NCBI RefSeq assembly: GCF_009914755.1
Contig: NC_060936.1
Source: the human T2T-CHM13v2.0 reference genome, Homo sapiens
DNA: 64,000 nt
Strand: one strand, 5' to 3'
Position numbers and translations under genes: made by a program
The notes under the pieces: generated by a model
What the model was told of the DNA's origin: nothing
Database searches by the model: none
Seen by the model: the letters and a program-made list of their open reading frames with translations, nothing else
In this document: positions 52,436-64,000 of the stretch, piece after piece
Numbering within the stretch: the stretch's first letter is position 1
How the letters are laid out: every line of letters starts with the position of its first letter

Positions 52436-53850
52436 TAAACGGAAAGAGAAGTATTTTTATGGGCACACATTTCACCCGACACACCCACCTCCCACCCCCT
52501 GCGTGTTTCGGGTTTGTTCAGTGCTTACACAGCTGGTTTGCACCTATCTGTGTCTATTTCAGGTCTTCCTCACTGATGGCAGCTTGCCCAGAGGAGGTAA
52601 TCTTAGTGTCCACTGTTCTTTTTTTATTTTGTGAGATCCTTTCACTATGAAATGTTTGTTTCTCCTCTTTTAGAAGTAAATAAGAGTCTGAGAATAGCCA
52701 TCCCTTTTCACTCCGACTCAACAGTCAGTCTCTCTAGAGTGGGTAATTGAAAAAGAAAGTAACTTGCCAAGAACTTGCTGACGGCATTTTACCTGTTTCA
52801 GCAGCTTCTGCACCTGAGTATATCAGCAGAAGTGTTTACTAGCAAAGAATAATGGATTCCTTTAATAGTTTAACTACATATCAGGTATAAAAGTGAAATT
52901 GTTAACATTTTAATTCCTGAATTTCTCCCTAGATGCAGATGATGGAGTAGAAAGAAGGGTATTATCCTTATTATGCATGTAAGGGGTGTTTGTATATTAG
53001 GTAGGCTCATAAAACAAATCTGTCTTCTTGTATGTAAAACTTGGTTGGTTCTGTGAAATTTCATTTTAAATAATGTTTCTTGTATTGCCCTTTCTTGACA
53101 GGAAAGTCTAATCAACAGCATGACCATAGCTTTTCTTTGTATAAGACCTATATGTTAGCAACTGGAATGACCTGCACAGCTGGTTAAACATGTAAACACC
53201 AAGGCATTGTGTTCTGTATATACAGGTATACCTCGGAGATATTGCAGATTCAGTTCCAGACCACCACAGTAAAACGAGTCACACAAATTTTTTGGCTTCC
53301 CAGAGCATATAAAAAGTTATGTTTATACTATATTGTAGTTTATTAAGTATGCAATAGCATTATATCTAAAAATGTACATAATTTAATTTAAAAATACTTT
53401 ATTGCAAAATATGCTAATGATTTTCTGAGCCTTCAGCAACTCGTAATATTCTTGCTAGTGGAGTGTCTTGCCTCTGTGTTGGTGGCTGCTGACTGATCAG
53501 GGTGGTAGTTGCTGAAGGTTGGGGTGGCTGTGGCAGTTTCTTAAAGTAAGACATCAGTGAAGTTTGCTGCATCAATTGACTCGTCGTTTCAAAAAAGATT
53601 TCTCTGAATCCTGCAGTGCTATTTGATAGCATTTTACCCACAGTAGAATTTCTTTCAAAATTAGAGTCAATCCTCTCAACCCGTGGCACTGCTTCATCAA
53701 CTAAGTTTATTAATATTCTACATATTTTGTTGTCATTTCAGCAATGTTCACATCATCTTCACCAAGAGTAGATTCTGTCTCAAAAAAAAAAAGCAACAAC
53801 AAAAAACACTCTTATTACTCATTCAGAAGAAGCAGCTCCACATCTGTTCA

Positions 53851-54150
53851 ATTTTTTTTTTTTTTTGAGACGGAGTTTTGCTATTGTTGCCCGGGCTGGA
53901 GTGCAATGGCGTGATCTTGGTTCACTGCAACCTCTGCCTCCTGGGTTCAAGTGATTCTTCTGCCTGAGCCTCCCGAGTAGCTGGGGTTACAGGTGCCCAC
54001 CACCACGCCTGGCTAACTTTTTGTATTTTCAGTAGAGACAGCGTTTCTCCATGTTGGCCAGGCTGGTCTTGAACTCCTGACCTCAAGTGATCTGCCTGCC
54101 TCGGCCTCCCAAAGTGCTGCGATTACAGGTGTGAGCCACTGCGCCTGGCC
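53851..54150 (-). mobile_element. AluS in Tigger1
   Basis: TSD catctgttca at 53841-53850 and 54151-54160. Confidence 0.94.
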
Positions 54151-54873
54151 CATCTGTTCAGATTTTATCATGAAGTTGCAGCAGTTCAGTCACAGCGTCA
54201 GGCTCCACTTCTAATTCTGTTTCTCTTGCTATTTCCACATCTTTAGTGACTACTTCTGCTGAAGTCTTGAGCCTGTCAAAGTTATCCGTGAGGATTGGAA
54301 TCAACTTCTCCCAATCTCCTGTTAATGTTGATATTTTGACCTCCTATTGTGAATCACAAATGTTTTTAATGACATCAGGAATGGTGAATCCTTTCCAAAA
54401 AGTTTTCAATTTACTTTGCCCAGATCCATCAGAGGAATCACCAACTATGGCCTTACAAGATGTATTTCTTAACTAGTAAGACTAGAAATCAAAATGACTC
54501 CTTGATCCATGAGGTGCAGAATGGATGTTATATTAGCAGGCATAAGAAAAACATGAATCTCCTTGTACCTCTCTATCAGAGCTCTAGGGTGACCAGATGC
54601 ATTGTCAGTGAGCAGTAATATTTTGAAAGGAATCTTTTTTTCTGAGCAGTAGGTCTCCACAGTGGGTTTAATACACCAAGTACACCATGTTGTAAACAGA
54701 TGGGCTGTGATAGAGGCTTCATTGTTCCATTTATAAAGCATAGGCAGAGTAGATTTACCATAATTCCACAGGCCCTAGGATTTTCAGAATGATAAATGAA
54801 CACTGGCCTCAACTTTCAGTCACCAGCTGCATTATCCCCTAACAAGAGAGTCATCCTCTTCTTTGAAGCTTTG

Positions 54874-55064
54874 TTTTCTTTGTTTTTTTTTTCTTTTCTT
54901 TTTTTTTCCTTTTTGAGACAGAGTCTCGCTTCGTTGCCCAGGCTGGAGTGCAGTGACATGAACTTGGCTCACTGCAACCTCTGCCTTTTGGGTTCAAGCA
55001 GTTCTCCCATCTCAGCCTCGTGAATAACTGGGATTACAGGCATGGACCACCACACCTGGCTAAT
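54874..55064 (-). mobile_element. Alu right monomer in Tigger1
   Basis: TSD tttgaagctttg on both sides. Confidence 0.88.
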
Positions 55065-55156
55065 GTTTGAAGCTTTGAAGCCAGACATTGACTTATCCTC
55101 TCTAGCTATGAAAGTACTAGATGGCATCTTTTGCCAATAAAAGGCTGTTTCATCTA

Positions 55157-55216
55157 TTAGGTTGGTGTAGAAGTAACTTCAATGGCAAAACTGCCATTAC
55201 TTTTGCACCAACCAAA
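55157..55216. mobile_element. MADE1 (Hsmar1 MITE), internally deleted, nested in Tigger1
   Basis: TA|ttaggttggtg...ttttgcaccaaccaaa|TA. Confidence 0.9.
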
Positions 55217-57049
55217 TACATTGAAAATTCATTGTTTGTTGTAGCCATCTTCATTGATTGTCTTAGCTAGACCTGGATAACATGCTGCAGCTTCTCCGTC
55301 AGCACTTGCTGCTTTACTTTACACTTTTATATTATGGAGACGGCTTCTTTCCTTAAACCTCATGACCAACCTCTGCTAGCTTGAAACTTTTCTCCTTTAG
55401 CTTCTTCACCTCTCTCAATCTTCATTGAAATGAAGAGAGTTAGGGCCTTGTTCTGGATTAGGCTTTGGCTTGAGGCATGCTGTGGCTGGTTTGATCCTGT
55501 ATCCAAACCAGCAAACTTTTTCCATATCAGCAATAAGGTTGATTTCTTTTTTGTGTGTTCATCGGAGTGGCACTTTTGATTTCCTTCAGTAACTTGACTG
55601 TTTGGTTCCAGAGGCCTAGCTTTCAGCCTGTCTTGGCTTTTGACATGCCTTCCTCACTAAGCTTAATCTTTTTTACTTTTCAAACTCTGCATGTAGCATT
55701 TGACTTAATCATTTCTAAATTTTGACTAAAAGTGAGAGATGTGCAACTTTTCCTTCTCCCTGACTATTTAGAGGCCATTGTTGGGTTATGAATTGGCCTA
55801 ATTTCAATGTAGTTGTGTTTCAAGGAATAGGAAGGCTGACACAGAGGGAGAGAGAAGAGGGAATGATTGATCAGTGGAACAGTCAGAACACATGCAACAT
55901 TTCTTAAGTTCACCATCTCATACGGGCAGAGTTCATGGCACCCCAGATAAATTACAATAGTATCATCAGAGATCACTGATCACGGATCACTGTAACTGAT
56001 ACAATAATAGTGAAAAAGAAATGTTGCAGGAATTACCAAAATGTGACAGAGACACCAAGTTAGAAAGCTCTTGGAAAGTAGTGCCGATAGACTTGCTCGA
56101 CGCAGGGTTCCCACAAACCTTCAGTTAGTAAAAAACCCGTATCTGTGAAGAGCAATAAAGCAAAGCGTAAGAAATCCAGGTATACCCGTATATGGAGTAC
56201 TGAATTTTTGAGTGGCAAAATTCTCTTTACTGGTTATGAGTTGACCTAAGTGTTGATCCGTATGAGATTTCAATAGTAGTGTCTGATTAAATCAAGGGAA
56301 GACTAATGCTTTCCATCTCGGATGAACTCAGTTCTTACAATAGGCTTTGGTCTCTTACTGGGCAATTCAGTGGTTCACCCATACGATTATCTCTTTGTTA
56401 ACAAGTGAAAATGTAAGCTTCAGCATATTCACATACCCTATTCTAAACTTACCAAATCTCTTTCTTAGCTTTTTTGTTCTGCCTGTCGAGTTCTTCTTGA
56501 CTCTAGAGAGGTACCTTAAAGAGCTTGTACTAAATTTATTAATGTAAGAAACTACCTGACAATTGGATCCAGGATTGTTTTGTAATTCCGTTATTGGCAG
56601 GAGTTTTTGTGAATCCCTGAATATAGTTTATGGAAGTCCAAACTTATATTTTATTCATTTATTGATTAATGTTTACTATGATCTGAGATGTACTGTATAG
56701 GAAGGTACAAAACAGCTGGAGGGGCAGGATCCATGTCTACTTGAGACATGTATAAAACAAAGATTACATATGGTTTCATACACTAATCAGTGCTATAATG
56801 ATTGATAGATAGAGGAATGGAGATATGTGATCAATATATAGATACATGGAAGAATGGAGGAGTGTGTATTTATACATAATATATACATGTATATGTATCA
56901 TTACTGGGGTACAGACAATGATCAGGTTTTTCTCTTGGGGGTGAGGGCAACAGACTGTTCCTAGAGGAGATAATGTTTATCTTGCATTTTGAAAACCACG
57001 TAGAAAAATCAGGTAGTTCTAGTATCAGCTCAAGAGGAGATGGTGATTA

Positions 57050-57290
57050 TATTCTCCTGCTTCATTTCTCTCCATAGAACTTATCTCTGCCCTACACTAT
57101 GTTGATTCATTCATTTGTTCAGTCACTCATTCCCTCCCTCCATCATTCATTTGTCTACCTTACTAGAATGTAAGCTCCATGAAGGCAGGGATTTGGTCTG
57201 TTTTCATTACTCTGTTTCCTCAGCAACTGGAAAAGTGCCTGATCTATGGTGGGAATTTGAACTCCTGTGTATATAGTGAATGAATAAACT
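57050..57290 (+). mobile_element. L2 3' end
   Basis: tagaatgtaagctccatgaaggcaggga...tgaatgaataaa. Confidence 0.75.
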
Positions 57291-57764
57291 TTGTGAGTAG
57301 TTGGTTTATTTATAATTTTCCTTTAGCTTATTAAGGATAGCTCCTTAGAATTTCCTCATAGTTTGCTTGATTTTTTAATTATACTTGAATAATAATTTTT
57401 ATTGTACTTGAGTCTCCTTGTACTTGAGTGATAACATGCCGCTTGCTGTACTTGAGTGATAACATGCTATTTCCACAGTGTTATCTCATAGTATGTTGAG
57501 TCCCCATCATCTTACCTGAACTGATACAAACTCTAATGGTTTTCCATGTCTATATGCGAGTCCTCTTAAGTTTTCATTGAAAGATCAGATCCTTGCATGC
57601 TGACACTGCCAACACTGGTACTGTTATTTATTTAAAGTACAGAACTGGCCAGACCACTTCTGTGCTTAAAAATCTCTAAGGGCTTCCATCTCTCTATAAT
57701 AAAATCTGTGCTCCTTAGGTTGGCACACAAACTGTTTTATAGCTTGGCTTCAGCTGTATAATGA

Positions 57765-58122
<358 letters not shown>

Positions 58123-58183
58123 TCATTTTTCTTCATATCCATAGTGTCTGGCATGTAATACAGAATTCAACAAACGTTTTTTG

Positions 58184-58333
58184 AGTAAATGAATGCATGT
58201 AAGTGTATATGAATGAATGGCCACAAAAATGTTTGCTGCTTAGATAAAAGATGATATAAGTAAATGAATGCATATAAGTATGTATGAATGAATGGCTAAG
58301 AAAATGTTTGCTGCTTAGATAAAAGATGGTGTA
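58184..58333. repeat. 75-bp diverged tandem duplication
   Basis: agtaaatgaatgcat...gtttgctgcttagataaaagatg x2. Confidence 0.92.
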
Positions 58334-58568
58334 AAACTAACCTAACACTAGCCTTTAAGAACACAGTCTTTTCTTTATATAGCTGATTTGTCTTTTTCAC
58401 TGTTTAGCTGCTCTATCCTCTGTCCTCCCTTTATTCTTTGTGAAGAAATCCCTCTTGGCATTTACAATGTCATTTTAGAAGTAATCCTAGTCCTCATGGC
58501 TTTCCTCTCTACATGGCCATCTCTATACTGGATCTTTTCTGCTAGCTACTTTTCTTATTTTGTTAGGG

Positions 58569-58605
<37 letters not shown>

Positions 58606-58636
58606 CGCGTGTGCGCGCGCGCATACACATGTGTAC
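58569..58636. repeat. 68-bp perfectly alternating purine-pyrimidine tract (TG)n(CG/CA)n
   Basis: Read directly. Confidence 0.93.
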
Positions 58637-58855
58637 TTTTTTTTGTTTTGCCTACAAGTTCCTACAAATTTAATTTGCCTACAAATTTAAGGTTTTGCAT
58701 GTAATTCTGAAACTCTTAGGATTAAATGATTTCTACAGAATGCACACACACAGACAACCCTGAGCTATCTGTTTTCAAATTGAAATGATTTTGATTGTGC
58801 TATTGTTTTTTTATACATGTCCTCTCTTTTCCCTTAAATATTTATGTACATTTAG

Positions 58856-58993
58856 ATTGAAAATCTTCAAGAGCAGCTTAGAGACAAGGAAAAGCAGATG
58901 AGCAGCTTGAAAGAACGGGTCAAATCCTTGCAGGCTGACACCACCAACACTGACACTGCCTTGACAACTTTGGAGGAGGCCCTTGCAGAGAAA
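58856..58993 (+). CDS. ERC1: ERC1 coding exon (138 nt): IENLQEQLRDKEKQMSSLKERVKSLQADTTNTDTALTTLEEALAEK
   Basis: tttag|ATT acceptor, AAA|gtgagt donor, 46 codons, continues previous exon in frame. Confidence 0.96.
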
Positions 58994-59141
58994 GTGAGTG
59001 GCTGGCCCCAACTCTCCACACACGTTTTCTGCTTTCTCATTAATCTAAGACTGGATATAGAATACAAAAGAAATCCCTGTGGGCACAAGGGAAAAGAGCT
59101 GCTGTGTGCTATTGCTGACATACGTAGTGTGAAGGGAAACA

Positions 59142-59428
59142 TTTTTTTTAGATGGAGTCTCACTCTGTGCCCAGGCTGGAGTGCAGTGGCGTGATCTTGT
59201 CTCACTAAATTCCACCTCCCAGGTTCAAGCGATTCTCCTGCCTCAGCCTCCCGAGTAGCTGAGATTACAAGCATGAGCCACCATGCCCAAGTAATTTTTT
59301 GTATTTTTTGTAGAGACGGGGTTTTGCCATGTTGGCCAGACTGGTTTTGAACTCCTGACCTCAAGTGATCCACCCACCTCGGCCTCCCAAAGTGTTGGGA
59401 TTACAGGCATGAGCCCCTGCACCTGGCC
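59142..59428 (-). mobile_element. AluS
   Basis: Full antisense Alu. Confidence 0.92.
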
Positions 59429-59832
59429 AAATTGCTCTGATTTTCAAACTTCTTGAGTATCTGTTGACAGAAAGTTTTGATGATTTCTCTTTTCTTTACC
59501 TTCCTTTATATTTTAAGCTCAATATATCAAAATCTTTCCCATTCCCCCCTTTTTTGGTGTGTGAGTTGTGAGTTGTTTCCATTGCCTTGTGGGCAACATG
59601 TGAATAATATATAGAGAAGAAATATTTGTTAGTTATTGTCCTTAGGGTGTATATATAAGCTTTTAGTTACCTGGAAATTGAATAAATGGAAATATTGCAA
59701 AAGAATACTTTAGTGATATCAAATACTAGTTGAGATTATAAGAAAAGAAACCTTGGGATTCAAATGAATAAACCTACATCCTTGTTATGGCAAGATGAAT
59801 AAGAAGGATGAATTATTTAAAAAATGTATTCT

Positions 59833-60114
<282 letters not shown>

Positions 60115-60240
60115 GTGGATTCTTTAAAAACTTACCATTGTCTTTTGAATATAGAAGTTTGAAATTCTGCTAAAAGCAGAATTACAGTCATATAAGTGCA
60201 AAAGGGAATTTCTTCACATGTTGATATATTCTCTCATCAG

Positions 60241-60381
60241 GAGCGGACAATTGAACGCTTAAAGGAGCAGAGGGACAGAGATGAGCGAGAGAAGCAAGAG
60301 GAAATTGATAACTACAAAAAAGATCTTAAAGACTTGAAGGAAAAAGTCAGCCTGTTGCAAGGCGACCTTTCAGAGAAAGAG
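60241..60381 (+). CDS. ERC1: ERC1 coding exon (141 nt): ERTIERLKEQRDRDEREKQEEIDNYKKDLKDLKEKVSLLQGDLSEKE
   Basis: ctctcatcag|GAG acceptor, GAG|gttaag donor, 47 codons. Confidence 0.95.
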
Positions 60382-60976
60382 GTTAAGCTCCCCAAAATGG
60401 AATTAGTTTGTTTGCTTAATCATTGCATGTGTCTGTATGTTGGTGTTTACATAATGCATATAAAAAAGTATTCGATGGAAAATTTTCTTAATATTCTTTT
60501 AGCAGGCTTTTGTTGAATACCTTAAGGAATATTTCAGAAAGCTTTGCAGAGACATAGCGGATTGGTTCATTCATTTTCTAAGTATTACTCACTTTGTTTT
60601 ATGTTGGTTTTTTACTTACTAATATTTTTATAGACCTAAAGTAACTGAAGCTCAGATACATTTGGAGAAATAGTGTGCTAAAGATAAGAAAGTTGACAGA
60701 TAAAAGGAATATGCAAAAGGAGGAAATTTTATGTATAGCAACTATCAAAGAACACAACAGCTATTAAATTAGGTGACTTAATATACTTTGGTCTTGTTTT
60801 TGGAGAATCCTGTTAATATGACCTAAATAGCAAAGATGCCTCATGCTATGTAATCAGATGATGATAATGCATGAGCTTTAGCATCTTTCTGTGGATTTTC
60901 TTTCTAATATCTTTAGGCAATGTTATGGAAGTTTAAATTCCTAATAGAATTTTTCTTTTAATAGGGAAAAATGTGA

Positions 60977-61270
60977 TTTTTTTTTTTTCTTTTAAGAGAC
61001 TGTGTCTCACTCTGTTGCCCAGGCTGGAGTGCAGTGGCATTATCATAGCTCACTGCAGTCTTGAACTCCTGGGCCCAAGGGATCTTCCTATTTCAGTCTT
61101 CCATGTAGCTAGGACTATACGTGTGCACTACCATGCCCAGCTAAGTTAAAAAAATTTTTTTTTGTGAAGACAGGGTCTTGCTATGTTGCCCAGGCTGGTC
61201 TTGAACTCCTGGCCTCAAGTGATCCCCCTGTCTCAGCCTCCCAAAATGCTGGGTTTACAGGTATCTGGCC
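60977..61270 (-). mobile_element. AluJ
   Basis: TSD gaaaaatgt. Confidence 0.9.
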
Positions 61271-61596
61271 GAAAAATGTTTTCTGTTTAAGTTAACGTAG
61301 CTACTGAGGTTTGACTACTTACATTCACAAAGCTTGATCTACTTTGGTTTATTTTGTATTGACAGAACTCTTTACATCACTGTTCAATGGGTATTTCTTG
61401 AGAATCCATCTTATTTGTTAAGAGTTGAAAGCTAGAGCTAATATTGTTTTATATTTCATGAATGAGTTTCCTTGTAATGGGAGTATGTCAGCATTTGGTA
61501 ATAGAAAGGAAATTACAGCTACCATGATAAATTTAAAAATTTAAACCTCTATTTTTTTTAAAATTATTTATTCTAGATGTGTGTTCCTTCTTTTAG

Positions 61597-61737
61597 GCTT
61601 CACTTTTGGATCTGAAAGAGCATGCTTCTTCTCTGGCATCCTCAGGACTGAAAAAGGACTCACGGCTTAAGACACTAGAGATTGCTTTGGAGCAGAAGAA
61701 GGAGGAGTGTCTGAAAATGGAATCACAATTGAAAAAG
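61597..61737 (+). CDS. ERC1: ERC1 coding exon (141 nt): ASLLDLKEHASSLASSGLKKDSRLKTLEIALEQKKEECLKMESQLKK
   Basis: ccttcttttag|GCT acceptor, AAG|gttaaa donor; translated by hand (not in ORF track); 47 codons in frame. Confidence 0.95.
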
Positions 61738-62048
61738 GTTAAAGAAAAAATTTCACATTTTTTTGCTTTGCCTTAAATAAGAACATAGTAGATAACCTTA
61801 GCATGTTTATATGGAATAATTTACCAATGGAATAATAATCCGCCAAACTTTAAAATACCATGTATATCTGAATTAATTATCTTAGCATTCTTATCCTACT
61901 TTATTTTATTCAAGATAATCCCCAAATCTTTAAAAATTGACAGTTCAGAGAAAGATTAAAATATGCAACTCTCTTGTGGGTAAAATATGAGACCAGAGTG
62001 TAAAAATCTCTGTTACCTGATATTTTTCTCCCATTAGAATCAGACTTC

Positions 62049-62480
<432 letters not shown>

Positions 62481-63057
62481 AATAAGTGGGAGCATATTTT
62501 CTAATTTAACATATGTAGTAAGGTCTGAGACTCAGAATAATTGTTAAATATCCTGTTTCAGATTTTATCTCATTTTGGAGAATGTTAATTTCCTAGCTTT
62601 TTTTTTAAAGACAGGGCACATATTGTCAGAAAGTTTTTTTTATTTGTTATATTTTTAATTTCTCTTAGCAACTTATTGGGCCTAGAATTTTATTATCTTC
62701 ACCTTCTACATTAGGGTCTATTTTTTGGTTTATAGCTTATGTGTAGATTTACATGAAGGACTATTTGGCGTATTTTCTTCTTGGAAACTATTACTGTATT
62801 ATTAGTGTTCTAATTTACATTTTTTCAAAAGCCTGTGCTTATCATTGAAATTTTAAAAGTAGATTTCTTCTCTGTTTTGTTTGGAGTAGGAAATGACTGG
62901 TCTTGAGGTAATGATAATTGGAGTCATTTTTGACCTATTTATAGCTTAAGAATGTATATCCTGTATCTGAATATTGGCATTCCATGTCTTCAGCATGAGA
63001 TAATATCCTCAGAATTTATTGAGGAAAGGATTGAAACTCAACTTTTGAGATATCAGA

Positions 63058-63648
<591 letters not shown>

Positions 63649-64000
63649 TTGAGTTATCAGAATTTTAAAAATGCTTAATGCTTTTTTTTTTCCCTTGTAG
63701 AGTGAAATATTTATTTCTATACTCTGATTTTTTTATTGAAGGTTTTTTTTTCACCATTTTTTTAAACCGTTAATTTTGTTTCCCTTGATTATCTTACTCT
63801 TAAAACCATTTTCTGTACTTTTCTTTCTTTCTTTTCTCCCTGATGCTTCTTACTGTCTTTGGCATCCTGGAATAGTGTGGAGCCACTCATCCAAGCCAGT
63901 GAGTGACCTAGCCAAGTGTTGCCAGAAAGTCCCAGTTGATAGTTTCTTTTCTGACTTTTGTGTGAATGACATTTTTATCACCCTATAGATAAATGAATAT

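Larger units (their letters stand above)
53223..56188 (-). mobile_element. Near full-length Tigger1 DNA transposon with decayed transposase
   Basis: TA|caggtatacctcggagatattgc ... aggtatacccg|TA termini; minus ORFs give pogo-like transposase peptides ([34 protein letters not shown]); about 2.4 kb after removing insertions. Confidence 0.92.

Noticed and set aside
53414-54812. Active or domesticated transposase
   Set aside because: Tigger1 ORF is broken by stops, frameshifts, two Alus and a MADE1
58867-59373. 168-aa minus-strand ORF
   Set aside because: Alu sequence joined to the antisense of an ERC1 exon

Overview
Primate (almost certainly human) genomic DNA lying entirely inside the ERC1 (ELKS/RAB6IP2/CAST2) gene on the + strand. 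Four consecutive phase-0 coiled-coil coding exons (19901-20068, 58856-58993, 60241-60381, 61597-61737) splice into one open frame. The 38.8-kb intron between the first two exons holds an antisense, heavily decayed serotonin-receptor HTR1D pseudogene (HTR1DP1-like) interrupted by an Alu. The rest is repeat-dense intron: about 45 Alus (mostly antisense, including an AluYa5), old and nested L1s, an L1 inverted by twin priming, a full-length Tigger1 carrying a nested MADE1, MER44/Tigger4/MER33/MER1B DNA elements, MaLR/ERVL LTRs, a ~1-kb (CTCTAT)n array, a 38-bp A/B-alternating minisatellite and several hairpins and local duplications. Nearly all ORFs in the track are repeat artefacts. I see no clearly new biological system. 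The best leads are the stop-free circularisable exon cluster flanked by inverted Alus, the E-box minisatellite, the 60-nt unique hairpin, and the origin and deletion pattern of the pseudogene. Repeat family names come from recalled consensus sequences, not a RepeatMasker run, and many repeat boundaries are approximate.
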